From contig OZ220741.1 of the NCBI GenBank assembly GCA_965116885.1, positions 4,064,001-4,128,000 on the forward strand: a DNA stretch of 64,000 nt. Reading direction: 5' to 3'. A program made the translations under genes and the position numbers. How positions within the stretch are numbered: the stretch's first letter is position 1; each line of letters begins with the position of its first letter. Source of the DNA: Candidatus Latescibacterota bacterium (GTDB taxonomy: Bacteria > Latescibacterota > UBA2968). Under the pieces are notes generated by a model, which saw nothing but the letters and a program-made list of their open reading frames with translations, was not told the origin of the DNA and did no database searches. Below, piece after piece: positions 49,800-59,628 of this stretch.

Positions 49800-51164
49800 T
49801 CACGGGTTGCTCAAGGCACGGTCGAGGAAGTGAATGCCCCGGCGCGCTTCGGTTTCGATGTGAAGTACTCTGTCTATGCCCGAGCGTGCGAAAATTTGAA
49901 TGTCGTCGAGTTGCCCCATGCGAAAGGTGAGGATAAATGCGACGCCATCGGCAAATTGTATTTGGGCTTTGTCTGGGGCCAATGTGAGTTGGGCATTTTT
50001 GTATATTCTGTTTTGCGGCGTTTTCAGGCGAGAGAGTGCGCGCTGGATGCGGGTGAGGCGCACGAGTTCTGTCGAGAGACCAGCCGATGTATGAAAGTTG
50101 GAAAATCCAATGCGTCCTGCGGGCCGATAGCCTTTGAGGTCGGTGGATTCCGCTTGTTGCTCGGGCTGATCTTTGCCCGCGCTTGCGCCCGTTGATGGCA
50201 ATGTGGTAGGAGCATGCACTGGCATACTCATAGTGGCGCGCGCGACCTGGACTTCTGGCCGCGAACCAAAAAACGACGATGGGTTTGCTCCTCTGTCCAG
50301 ATTGGGTGCCGAGACGCGAGGCGGTGTTTTCAATCCACTGAGCGATGGTCTGTCGAGTTGACGCGGAATATCGGGTAGTGATGCGAGTGCCAGTTTCGGT
50401 TTGTCCGGTAGCGCGATTTTTGGACGAGGCGCAGGCTCTGGGGCAGTGGATACTTCGGCTTTCACTTCTGGCTTTGTCGCACTAACTTCCTCACGTGTGT
50501 TTTTGCTCATATCAAAGATGCCCTGCGCGCTTACGAGCATTTCCTCAAAATTTGTGACAATGGCTTTGAATGCCTGTCCTTCCTGAGGGGGACTGAGTGC
50601 CAATAGCAAGACGATGCCCAGTGCAAACGCACCAGCCAACGCTGGCAAAAAGCGTTGTTGTGTGCGTTGAATAGGAGCATAAGGCAAGCGGATAGACTGC
50701 TGTTGAGGGACTGGCGCATGGACAGGAACAAGGGCGATGGCGATTTCTATTTCATGCCGGCGATTGGGGAAGTGCGCCCAGAGTTTGGAAAGCCCCAGAT
50801 GGTTCTGTTTGGCTGCAAGCACGCCTGCTTCGTGGAGGATATGGCCCTTGTAAAAGCGGTTGATGATTTCGCGTGAGGGCAATTTAAAATGGCTCGATGG
50901 CGAAATCTGCCCTATGCACTCCTCAAAGCTGTCGGTTTTCGATGGCGGGACATACCCCAGGTCTCTCACCTGTTTAAACAGGTGCTCAATAGCCCGATGA
51001 TAGTCGCTTGTAAAGTCTTCGGACGAGGGATAATTACATGCGCGGCGTGCCTCAGACAAGTTGCGAGCGCGCAGTGTGGCAGATAACACGCCAAAGAGTT
51101 TGGGATGATCCCGTCGCATGCTTTCAGCAGCGCTCTGGATCAATTTTTTTTGTTGGGGAGACAT
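49800..51164 (-). CDS. Bitopic membrane protein with Pro-rich linker (TonB/TolA-like topology), unknown function
   Basis: About 170-aa N-terminal domain, TM FLPALAGAFALGIVLLLAL, Pro/Ala/Lys-rich linker, small C-terminal domain; follows exbD-like gene. Confidence 0.55.
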   Translation of the reverse strand: MSPQQKKLIQSAAESMRRDHPKLFGVLSATLRARNLSEARRACNYPSSEDFTSDYHRAIEHLFKQVRDLGYVPPSKTDSFEECIGQISPSSHFKLPSREIINRFYKGHILHEAGVLAAKQNHLGLSKLWAHFPNRRHEIEIAIALVPVHAPVPQQQSIRLPYAPIQRTQQRFLPALAGAFALGIVLLLALSPPQEGQAFKAIVTNFEEMLVSAQGIFDMSKNTREEVSATKPEVKAEVSTAPEPAPRPKIALPDKPKLALASLPDIPRQLDRPSLSGLKTPPRVSAPNLDRGANPSSFFGSRPEVQVARATMSMPVHAPTTLPSTGASAGKDQPEQQAESTDLKGYRPAGRIGFSNFHTSAGLSTELVRLTRIQRALSRLKTPQNRIYKNAQLTLAPDKAQIQFADGVAFILTFRMGQLDDIQIFARSGIDRVLHIETEARRGIHFLDRALSNP

Positions 51165-51172
51165 ATTCTATT

Positions 51173-51703
51173 TTACAATTTTCTTTTTTGACTTTCAAGC
51201 CCCCATTGTACGGTCTTAAATCCACTGGTGTTGAGGGCGTCGTACACACCAACGGTATAAGTCACGGTTGCATCGCGCTCAAAATAGAGGCGCACCAAAA
51301 TGTCGTTGGGCGCAAATCCATGTTGCGCCTGTAGTGCGAGTAAAGCTTTTTTAACAGACAAAAATACAGCGCGCTCAATGCCAATCTGGTCGTTGTCTGC
51401 GCGGTCTTGAAAGACCATATGCTCTTCGGTGGCAACGCCGCCTTTGTCAAATTGCACATAGGATTTCCCGATGATGATCTGTAAAAATCGTTCATCTGTG
51501 GGGTGGGGGGCAGAGCCTTTTTCATCGGGTGCTTTGATAAAATTGAGTTTTTGTGCGTGGACAAAGCGGTTGTGCAAGTTGGCGAGATGGGTTTGCCACA
51601 CGTTTTGAATAATAAAAAATGTAAGCAGCAAAAACAAGACATCAATAAACCCTTCGCCCGTGTCTAAAAGTGCTGCCAAAGGTCGCCTATTGCGGTGTCT
51701 CAC
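51173..51703 (-). CDS. ExbD/TolR-family protein
   Basis: FIDVLFLLLTFFI with the essential Asp; C-terminal 'V.VYDAL..SGF..V'. Confidence 0.85.
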   Translation of the reverse strand: MRHRNRRPLAALLDTGEGFIDVLFLLLTFFIIQNVWQTHLANLHNRFVHAQKLNFIKAPDEKGSAPHPTDERFLQIIIGKSYVQFDKGGVATEEHMVFQDRADNDQIGIERAVFLSVKKALLALQAQHGFAPNDILVRLYFERDATVTYTVGVYDALNTSGFKTVQWGLESQKRKL

Positions 51704-52961
51704 GTCTCACGCCTCCCTCTATCTGATAAAAATACTGAATCAGGTTGAGCATGCGCGCGCGATGTTGCAGGCTGCGGGCTTTGGTTTTGCGTATGAGGAT
51801 CATGGATAGAATGCGTCCGAGAAATCCAATGGCTGTTGTGACGAGGGCAAAGTTGATGTAGTGTGCCATTTTGAGCTGGGTTTGGGCAGGGCCTTCACCC
51901 ACTTTCATAGTGTCTTCCAAAATTTTGAAAGCGTCTATCATGCCAACAACTGTGCCCAAAAGGCCCATGGAGAGCGATAGAAGACCCAGCATGCCAAATC
52001 CTTCGGATAGGCGGTCTTCAATTTCATCGAAGAGTAGATAGATTTTGTCGGTACATCGCTCGACCAATCGCGCCTGATCAGACGCGATTTCAGATTCGAC
52101 AGACGTGAGGATGGCGTAGAGTTCTGTGTTTTCAGATAGGGCGTAATCGGCGTTGTATTGGCCACCCCATAGCAGATTAATGCCCTGCTGCTGAACGATT
52201 TGCGCGTCGGAATTGGTGAAGAAGCGGTCGGGTGATAAGTCGTGAGATAAGACCTGAGCATAGCGCACAACCATATAGAAGGGCAGGGCAATCAAGAGCA
52301 GGATCAAAACAGTAGAAAGTGGACCGCTGATGTTGGAGATATATCGTCCGATAGATTCGGCCAAATCACCGCCGCGAACAACTGTGGGTACGGCATTGTC
52401 GGCTGCAAACGCGATTTGAATGTCCTCAAACTTGTATTCGACCATCTGCGTATTGGGCGCAATGGGTCCATCGGCTGTCTGGTCAAAGTCCATCGCATAG
52501 CTTCGGTTGTTGTACTGAAAGCTCAAATCGTCGATCACGGCACTGTGGCTGGCGTTGCGCGTGCGAATGACGAGGCTGTCGATAGGCAGATCGGGTATTG
52601 CGATCCATTCTCGCTGTGTACCGGTGTGATAGGTTACGTCACTTCCCTGTGTGTGTACGATCACGGCGATGGGTAAAAAGCGATCTACATTTTTGAAGCG
52701 GATGTCCGTGACTGCAATTTTTTGTTTTGGATTGTCGGGTTGTTGGAATGTGACGGTAAGTGCTTTCCAAAAAGTTCCCCCCTGAAGAACTTGCCCGCCT
52801 TGCAGCCCGGTGATAGCTCCATCGAGCCAGATTGCCGCTTTTGTGCAGATATAGAGGCCTACAAAGAGGGTCGCGAGATAGAGTGCTACCTGGGCAATAG
52901 GACTTTTTTTTAGAATGGGATGATTTAGAATCTGTGCCATGTATTCTCGGTATTTGGGCAT
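51687..52961 (-). CDS. MotA/TolQ/ExbB proton-channel protein with N-terminal extension
   Basis: GLLGTVVGMIDAF and ALVTTAIG; extra TM helix plus ~160-aa soluble domain. Confidence 0.88.
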   Translation of the reverse strand: MPKYREYMAQILNHPILKKSPIAQVALYLATLFVGLYICTKAAIWLDGAITGLQGGQVLQGGTFWKALTVTFQQPDNPKQKIAVTDIRFKNVDRFLPIAVIVHTQGSDVTYHTGTQREWIAIPDLPIDSLVIRTRNASHSAVIDDLSFQYNNRSYAMDFDQTADGPIAPNTQMVEYKFEDIQIAFAADNAVPTVVRGGDLAESIGRYISNISGPLSTVLILLLIALPFYMVVRYAQVLSHDLSPDRFFTNSDAQIVQQQGINLLWGGQYNADYALSENTELYAILTSVESEIASDQARLVERCTDKIYLLFDEIEDRLSEGFGMLGLLSLSMGLLGTVVGMIDAFKILEDTMKVGEGPAQTQLKMAHYINFALVTTAIGFLGRILSMILIRKTKARSLQHRARMLNLIQYFYQIEGGVRRETPQ

Positions 52962-53088
52962 GCAATAAGAAATCTCCGCGTATTAGTATTAGAGACCAAT
53001 TTGCAAAATTTAAGGCTTTATTCCGAAATTATCCACCAAAACTTTTAACCATACAGGGTTACATTGATTCGTTTCTGACAACTGAAAG

Positions 53089-53135
53089 AAGCCCCGTCTA
53101 AAATCGCTTGCACGATCTCGGATGGGGCTTTTTTT
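53089..53135. terminator. Intrinsic terminator (bidirectional form)
   Basis: aagccccgtct...ggatggggctttttt. Confidence 0.65.
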
Positions 53136-53152
53136 ATACTCATCATTTCTTT

Positions 53153-53884
53153 TTATCCCGCAATGATCATATAGCTAAACCATTCGCTGTGGGGATTTTT
53201 GATGTGATAGGATGTGCCGGAGGGTATGTGGACCACGTCGCCTTCTGTGATGTGCTGTTCGCCGTCGGATGTGACGAGGATGCCCCTGTTTTCGAGAATC
53301 CAGAAGCCGAGTTCTATGTCGTCGTAACATCGCGCAATGCTCTGCTGGCCGGGTTGTACGGCTTCGCGGTCGATGAAGGCGATGGATTTTAAGCATCCCG
53401 TGTTTTCTTCGCCAGCAGGGCCGAGTTGATGCCAGCGAATCGCGCCCGCGCCATCGCTTACGGGCAATACGTCTTCCCAGTTGCGAATCACACATTCGCC
53501 TCCGGGTTCGGTGTCGATATTTTTGCTGAGGACGAGGTGTTCGAGCCATTCGTCGTTCATGTCGTTGAACATCTGATGGTAAATATCCGCGGGCAAATAC
53601 ACGGCGTCGCCGGGGCGTACGGAAAAGCGGTCTTCTCCTACGAGAACTTCGCCGCTGCCGCTGATGATATAATACGCCTGTTCGGTTTGCGGGTGTTTGT
53701 GGTGGTCGGAGGTTTTGCGCCCTTGAAGTCCGTGTTTGACAATGCCCTGAATGTTGTGTAACTGCGGTGAGTCGTCTTCACCGTGTTTGGGCGTCGCATT
53801 TCTCTGTCTTAACCCCGGCCAGCGAATCGCGCTCAGGTGCGCCACTTCGGGTTGCTGGTCTCGCCAGTTTTTGATGTATGCCAT
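53153..53884 (-). CDS. Double cupin-domain protein
   Basis: HKHPQTEQAYYIISGSG...PGD.VYLP...H; the second cupin lacks most metal ligands. Confidence 0.88.
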   Translation of the reverse strand: MAYIKNWRDQQPEVAHLSAIRWPGLRQRNATPKHGEDDSPQLHNIQGIVKHGLQGRKTSDHHKHPQTEQAYYIISGSGEVLVGEDRFSVRPGDAVYLPADIYHQMFNDMNDEWLEHLVLSKNIDTEPGGECVIRNWEDVLPVSDGAGAIRWHQLGPAGEENTGCLKSIAFIDREAVQPGQQSIARCYDDIELGFWILENRGILVTSDGEQHITEGDVVHIPSGTSYHIKNPHSEWFSYMIIAG

Positions 53885-53999
53885 GTTTGCCTCTTGTAAG
53901 TGTGAAAGAATTTTCGGATTATCTAAGTTAATACGATTGTCTTGTGCCGCAATTCAAAAGTAGGTGGGGACTCTCGTGTAATGAAAAAGGAGTTCGACA

Positions 54000-55469
54000 A
54001 TGCATGATCCCTATTCACTAATAGGCGTGCGTTCATTTATCAATTGCTGTGGTACGCGAACGATTCACGGGGGGACGCTGATGTTGCCGCAGGTGCGCGA
54101 AGCGATGATGGCTGCTTCGCGCTTTTTTGTCAATATGGATGAACTCATGGCGGGGGTGGGTAAGCGTTTATCCATGCTCACGGGAGCGGAGTGGGGTATG
54201 GTTGCCTCTGGCGCAGCGGCCTGCCTGTGCCACGCAACAGCGGCCTGTGTGACGGGTGGCGATCCCGAGTTGATGTTTCGGTTGCCCGATACGAGCGGGA
54301 TGAAGCGCGAGGCCGTCATGCCCAGAGAAAGTCGGTTTACCTATGATCACGCCATTCGCTCGGTGGGTGTGACAATCGTGGAGGTGGATAATCTCAGGGA
54401 AATGGATGCGGCGCTCAATCGGGAACAGGTGGCTATGGTCGCCTTGCTGGGGACCTGGGAGGCAGATATGACACTTGAAGCAATTGTTGACATGGCGCGT
54501 CCGAGAGGTGTCCCCGTGCTGGTTGATGCGGCGTCGGAGCATCTCCAATCTCCCGAATCCTATACCAGTCGCGGGGCGAATTTGGTCGCTTATAGTGGTG
54601 GCAAATACCTGCGCGGACCTCAGCCTACGGGGTTGTTATTAGGCGACCGCGACCTCGTCGAGGCCGCCTGGGTGCACGCTGCACCGCATCACACGCTTGG
54701 ACGCGCGATGAAGATTGGTAAAGAGGAAGTTCTGGGCATTTTGGCGGCTGTGGAATATCTTCTGGGGGAACGCGATCCCGAGCGGGAATTCGAGGGCTGG
54801 ATTGCCGATATCGAGACAATTGTGCGGCATGTAACGCGTGTATCGGGTGTAGAGGCTGAAATTCTCGCGTCTGATCAGTCGGATGTTCCCAGGTTGGAAA
54901 TTCGTTGGGATGGTGATCGCATTGGCCTGACCGGTCTTGAATTGCGCGAACAACTTTTGTGCGGTGATCCACGCATTATGCTGGATGATCGAGGGGCAAC
55001 GAATACGTCTATTTTTATTTTGCCGTTTTCGCTACAACCTGGAGAAGCGGATATTGTTGGCAGGCATATTCGCGACGCATTATCCCACGCGCCTTTGCCC
55101 AAAAAAGAAAAGGAGCGAGAACCGGTTGATGTGTCGGGTACCTGGGAAATTGAAATTGAGCTTGTGAAAAAAATAGCGCATCATCGCGTAGATATTGAAC
55201 AAAGTGCCAGCGTTTTAACAGGTACTCACCAGACGCGCTGGCTAAAAAATTCGTTGAAAGGCTCTGTGAATGGTGATGAAATCGCATTTACGAGTCAGCA
55301 TCGTTTTGAGGGGTCCCATCTGTCTTATCGGTTTGTAGGGGCGGTGTCGGGTAGCGAAATGCGCGGCGAAGTTGAAATGGGCAGTTCGGGACAGTCTGCG
55401 CCCGGACCGTTGAATCAGCGCGAATATGGCACAGCGAGATGGCGGGCGGTGAGAAGAATTAAAAATTAA
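54000..55469 (+). CDS. SelA-like PLP-dependent enzyme with C-terminal beta domain
   Basis: IN..GT.T..GG, VDAASE, YSGGKYLRGPQ.TG, GRAMKIGKEE. Confidence 0.85.
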   Translation: MHDPYSLIGVRSFINCCGTRTIHGGTLMLPQVREAMMAASRFFVNMDELMAGVGKRLSMLTGAEWGMVASGAAACLCHATAACVTGGDPELMFRLPDTSGMKREAVMPRESRFTYDHAIRSVGVTIVEVDNLREMDAALNREQVAMVALLGTWEADMTLEAIVDMARPRGVPVLVDAASEHLQSPESYTSRGANLVAYSGGKYLRGPQPTGLLLGDRDLVEAAWVHAAPHHTLGRAMKIGKEEVLGILAAVEYLLGERDPEREFEGWIADIETIVRHVTRVSGVEAEILASDQSDVPRLEIRWDGDRIGLTGLELREQLLCGDPRIMLDDRGATNTSIFILPFSLQPGEADIVGRHIRDALSHAPLPKKEKEREPVDVSGTWEIEIELVKKIAHHRVDIEQSASVLTGTHQTRWLKNSLKGSVNGDEIAFTSQHRFEGSHLSYRFVGAVSGSEMRGEVEMGSSGQSAPGPLNQREYGTARWRAVRRIKN

Positions 55470-55594
55470 AAATTGAGGAGCGGTGTATAACTGGTCGCAG
55501 TCCAGACCAGTTCATTAAAAATTAAGGGGCGGTGTACCTGTCTGCCATCCACCCAGATAGACAACTGGTCGCCCTGTGAAGAATGATTCTGCAT

Positions 55595-56590
55595 TCATCT
55601 GCGGATTACTTTTGTAGTTTTACCAGTTTTTCCCGATTCCATTGCCGCAAAGATAAGTGCCATTGTTTTGCGGACATCACGAGCTGACGCTTGCGCGAGG
55701 GGACGGTTGTCGCGGATGGCTGTGAGAAATTCGAGGTGTATGTTGGGTTCGCCAGCGAGGTGAACGGTTTCGGGTATGTGCTGTTCTTTGCCATTGAGCA
55801 ATAGTGGTCCGCTGGTGCCGTTGAGGTGAATGACGCCTTCATCGCCCATTACGGTCCATTCTGTGCCAGCACGATGGTGAAAGGAGAGGGCGCAGTTGAG
55901 GATGGCATTGCTTTCTGTTGTAGCGATGAGGGAGACTTCGTCTTCAATGTCGATATCGGGGTGTGGGTCGATATTTTGCACGATTGCCGAGACGGATACA
56001 GCTTTTTCATCCATCCACCACAAGAGTACATCGAGCGAGTGAACGCCAATGCCGGGGAGAATGCCGCCCGACAATTCCTGGCGCGCAAACCAGCTATTTT
56101 CGTCGCCGCCGCGTCCCGACCCAAGTCTGCGGTGGATGACGTGGCGAATTTTTCCCACGGCATTTTCTTCGAGTAGCTTTTTGACCTGGCGAATCGCTGT
56201 CGAAAAGCGCTGGCTCTGTCCAGACATGAGCAATTTGCCTTTGGCTTCGGCTGTAGCGATCATGTCATCGACATCTGCGAGGGTAAGCGCCATAGGTTTT
56301 TCGATGAGAGTGTGTAATCCTCTTTCGAGACAGGCAATGGTGTAATCGCGGTGCAAGAAGTTGGGCACGGCAATAATTGCAGCATCTGCTTCCACGTTTG
56401 TAAGCGCGTCGTCGAGGTTGTCAAAGGTAGTTGACACACCATATTGGGTTTTTAGATTATTGCGTGCGTCTTCAGATGGATCGACACCGGCGACAATGAC
56501 GCCGAGTTCTCCCAGAGATTCCAAACCGCTGGCATGGCCTAAAGCCATGCGCCCGCAACCGACGAGCAAAATGCGAATAGGCGTTTTCAT
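55595..56590 (-). CDS. Gfo/Idh/MocA oxidoreductase
   Basis: GCGRMA, EKPMA, GG....GVH.LD. Confidence 0.92.
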   Translation of the reverse strand: MKTPIRILLVGCGRMALGHASGLESLGELGVIVAGVDPSEDARNNLKTQYGVSTTFDNLDDALTNVEADAAIIAVPNFLHRDYTIACLERGLHTLIEKPMALTLADVDDMIATAEAKGKLLMSGQSQRFSTAIRQVKKLLEENAVGKIRHVIHRRLGSGRGGDENSWFARQELSGGILPGIGVHSLDVLLWWMDEKAVSVSAIVQNIDPHPDIDIEDEVSLIATTESNAILNCALSFHHRAGTEWTVMGDEGVIHLNGTSGPLLLNGKEQHIPETVHLAGEPNIHLEFLTAIRDNRPLAQASARDVRKTMALIFAAMESGKTGKTTKVIRR

Positions 56591-56621
56591 TGCGTTCTCC
56601 GTTTACTGGATGGGTGGTTGA

Positions 56622-57125
56622 TCAGGTGTCTTCGGTTTTCGGGGTGATGCGAAAGCCCAGGCGTTCGTAGAGGCGCACAGCGGGTTCACGCCAAAGGGCT
56701 GTGTTGAGATAGGCGTCGGCATACCCGCGGGCAACGAGTTCTTTGAGGGCGCGGAGTGAGATGGCATAACCGAGTCCATGTCCCCGGTATTTGGGATCGG
56801 TGCCAACCCAGTGGATAAGGCCAACGGCTTTTCCTCCGTAATGGGCTTCCCAAGCGCTGGCTGTTGCTACCATATAATCGCCTTTGAGGCCGACAAAAAT
56901 GCGATTGTAGTCGCAGCACGGTTCGCGGGTGAATGTGGCGTGAAAATTGTCGATGGTCCAAGGTTTTCCGCCTTCTTGGCCAAAAGCTTCATTTTTCATG
57001 CGAATCCATTCTTCTTCTTCTCCGGGCTGAAGCACGCGAATTGCAAAGCCTTCAGGAACTTTGTATTCTGGAAGTGGATGGCTGAGAGAGCGGTGCATGC
57101 GGATGCTGCTTGTGCGATTATTCAT
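56622..57125 (-). CDS. GNAT N-acetyltransferase
   Basis: VGTDPKYRGHGLG, AVRLYERLGF. Confidence 0.92.
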   Translation of the reverse strand: MNNRTSSIRMHRSLSHPLPEYKVPEGFAIRVLQPGEEEEWIRMKNEAFGQEGGKPWTIDNFHATFTREPCCDYNRIFVGLKGDYMVATASAWEAHYGGKAVGLIHWVGTDPKYRGHGLGYAISLRALKELVARGYADAYLNTALWREPAVRLYERLGFRITPKTEDT

Positions 57126-57128
57126 AGT

Positions 57129-58139
57129 CTAAAAATCCAGAAAGACAGTTGCTGGACGATTGTTTTCGATGGATTCAATGATGGCGCAGCATACGGCGAC
57201 GGATCGCGCACCATCAACCGCGTCAATCAGCGGTTTTTCGCCACTTTCAATGCAGGATAGAAAGTGGTCGAGTTCCTGGGGGCATGTGTGGTCTTCTGCG
57301 CGGATTTCAATTGGGAGTTCAGACCATTCTTCTACGTGGGGCATACCGCCGATGAAGAGTTTGTTGTTGTGAATGGATCCTCTGGTTCCGTGGTAGCTGA
57401 AGTTGAGGTTGTAGGGAATTTCTGCGCCACAGGAGACCAGGCATTTGCCCAGGGCACCGGATTCAAATTTTAAGTTTGAGATAACCGTGTCGTACCATGG
57501 TGCATCGGGAATATTTTTGTTTACGCCATACGCGCTGACTTCAACGATTTCTCCGGCGAGCCATCGCATGAGGTCTAAGGGATGGCAGGCTCCGCCAATA
57601 ATGGGCAGTTGGCCCTCTTTTTCTGTGTCCATCCACCAGTCGTGACCGGGCAGTGGCAAGAAGGGTTTGAGGTCGTGGATGTAGTCGCCTTCCACAAAAC
57701 AGGCTTCTCCCAGCGTGCCGTTGTCAACGAGGTGGTAAATGGTTTCAAATATGTTGCTAAATCGCGCGCCGTGACCGACCATGACTTGTCGCCCGGATCG
57801 TTTGGCTGCATCGACGATTTTTTGACAGTCTTCAATTGTAACCGCGAGGGGCTTTTCCACAAAGACATGCTTGCCCGCGTCGAGCGCGGCGACGGCTTGA
57901 CCTACGTGCTGAGAGTTGGGCGTGCAGAGATAAATGATGTCTATTTCGGAATCGGATAGGACGCTATCGTACTCTGTCGAGATTTTATCTGCACCGTATG
58001 TCGCTTGCAGGTCTTTTGCGATCTGTTCGCTGCGCGGGGTTGTACATATCGTTCGCAAATGTGCATTGGGATGCGCTGAGATGGCTTTGATGTGTTCGCC
58101 GCCGATATAGCCCGTTCCTATCACGGCAATCGCGTTCAT
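57129..58139 (-). CDS. Gfo/Idh/MocA oxidoreductase
   Basis: IGTGYIG, VFVEKP, GACHPLD; ATG after GGAGG. Confidence 0.92.
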   Translation of the reverse strand: MNAIAVIGTGYIGGEHIKAISAHPNAHLRTICTTPRSEQIAKDLQATYGADKISTEYDSVLSDSEIDIIYLCTPNSQHVGQAVAALDAGKHVFVEKPLAVTIEDCQKIVDAAKRSGRQVMVGHGARFSNIFETIYHLVDNGTLGEACFVEGDYIHDLKPFLPLPGHDWWMDTEKEGQLPIIGGACHPLDLMRWLAGEIVEVSAYGVNKNIPDAPWYDTVISNLKFESGALGKCLVSCGAEIPYNLNFSYHGTRGSIHNNKLFIGGMPHVEEWSELPIEIRAEDHTCPQELDHFLSCIESGEKPLIDAVDGARSVAVCCAIIESIENNRPATVFLDF

Positions 58140-58248
58140 TGGAGGACCTCCTGTAGTTTGTCCAACAAGGCGCAAAAATGTAAGATTGAAAATGTAAAAT
58201 TAAAAATTAAAAATTGGGCGGTATGGTAAACTTAATAGGGGTGAGACT

Positions 58249-59625
58249 ATGGTACAAGAAAATCGACCAAATGTGTTGTTCATTTCATTCGATGATTTAA
58301 ATCACTATGTGGGATTTTTGGATCGCGCTCCAAATGCTGTGACCCCTCATTTTAATCGGTTGGCCGAGCGATGTACAGTATTTGAACGCGCGTATTGTCA
58401 AGCGCCGATTTGCAATCCCTCGCGGGCGAGTTTGATGAGTGGGTTGCGCCCATCCACTACGGGTGTTTATAACAATCGACAGCCGCTCAGATTTTCGGAA
58501 GCGGGAAGAAATTGTGTGACTTTGCCGCAGCACTTTCGGCAAAATGGCTATTTTACAACGGGCAGTGGCAAGGTATATCACGGCAAATTTCCCGATCCCA
58601 TGTCGTGGGATTCTTATGTGCCGAGCTTGTTCAGTCAGTCGCATTCTGGCGCGGGACCCGATCATCATCCCGTAAATGGCCTGAAGGGTATGGGCAATCT
58701 GGACTGGGGACCGATGGATGTTGCCGATGAAGATATGCAGGATTACAGGGCTGTGAGTTATTGTGTTGAGCAATTGCAGACCAGACATGACAAACCCTTC
58801 TTTTTGACGTGTGGGTTTAAGCTGCCGCATCTGATGTGGCATGTGCCGAGGAAATATGTCGAAGCTTATGACCTGAATGATCTCCATCTACCAGAGACAC
58901 TGGAGAATGATCTGGACGATGTTCCCGAAATCGCGCAGCGATGGGCGAATCAAAAACCGCATGCACGCATCGTAGAAGCAGGGCAATGGAAGGAAGCGAT
59001 TCGATGTTATCTGGCGTGTATCAGTTTTGTCGATACGCAAATTGGACGATTGATAGATGCACTGGATGCAAGTGCTTATGCAGAAAATACAGCAATTGTT
59101 TTGTGGGCAGATCACGGGTGGCATTTGGGCGAAAAAAGCCACTGGAAAAAAAGTACGTTATGGGAAGAGGCCACACGCGTACCCTTGCTTATTTCAGTTC
59201 CGGGTTATTCGCCCGGCACCTGTTCAAAACCCGTGGGATTGATCGATATTTATCCCACGCTGATTGCGTTGTGCGGCTTGCCCGCTCGCGAGGGACTGGA
59301 AGGGCGAAGTCTGGAGCCACTGATGGAAAATCCCAATCGCAACTGGCCCTTTCCCGCAATCACCACACATGGGCGAGGCAATCATGCCGTGCGATCTGAG
59401 CGATGGCGATATATCCGTTATGCAGATGGGTCAGAAGAGCTTTACGATCACAGGCATGACGAGATGGAGTGGAAAAATATGGCGCATAGCCCTATGTTGG
59501 GCGAGGTTAAAGAACTTCTATCACAGTGGTTGCCTGAAAACAATGCGCCGGATTCTGAGATTGTTGAATGGCCTGAAGAGAATGAGAGTTATCGGTCGAG
59601 GATAGAGGCGATGATGGACGAATAG
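58249..59625 (+). CDS. Formylglycine-dependent sulfatase (iduronate/choline sulfatase-like)
   Basis: DDL, CNPSRASLMSG, GKVYH, PH, DHGWHLGEK. Confidence 0.93.
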   Translation: MVQENRPNVLFISFDDLNHYVGFLDRAPNAVTPHFNRLAERCTVFERAYCQAPICNPSRASLMSGLRPSTTGVYNNRQPLRFSEAGRNCVTLPQHFRQNGYFTTGSGKVYHGKFPDPMSWDSYVPSLFSQSHSGAGPDHHPVNGLKGMGNLDWGPMDVADEDMQDYRAVSYCVEQLQTRHDKPFFLTCGFKLPHLMWHVPRKYVEAYDLNDLHLPETLENDLDDVPEIAQRWANQKPHARIVEAGQWKEAIRCYLACISFVDTQIGRLIDALDASAYAENTAIVLWADHGWHLGEKSHWKKSTLWEEATRVPLLISVPGYSPGTCSKPVGLIDIYPTLIALCGLPAREGLEGRSLEPLMENPNRNWPFPAITTHGRGNHAVRSERWRYIRYADGSEELYDHRHDEMEWKNMAHSPMLGEVKELLSQWLPENNAPDSEIVEWPEENESYRSRIEAMMDE

Positions 59626-59628
59626 ATA

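Noticed and set aside
51173..52961. Zorya ZorAB or flagellar MotAB
   Set aside because: The partner is ExbD-like with no OmpA/peptidoglycan-binding domain; there is no long ZorA tail and no zorC/D/E
54000..55469. True selA / selenocysteine machinery
   Set aside because: Divergent SelA-like family; no selB, selD or tRNA-Sec nearby
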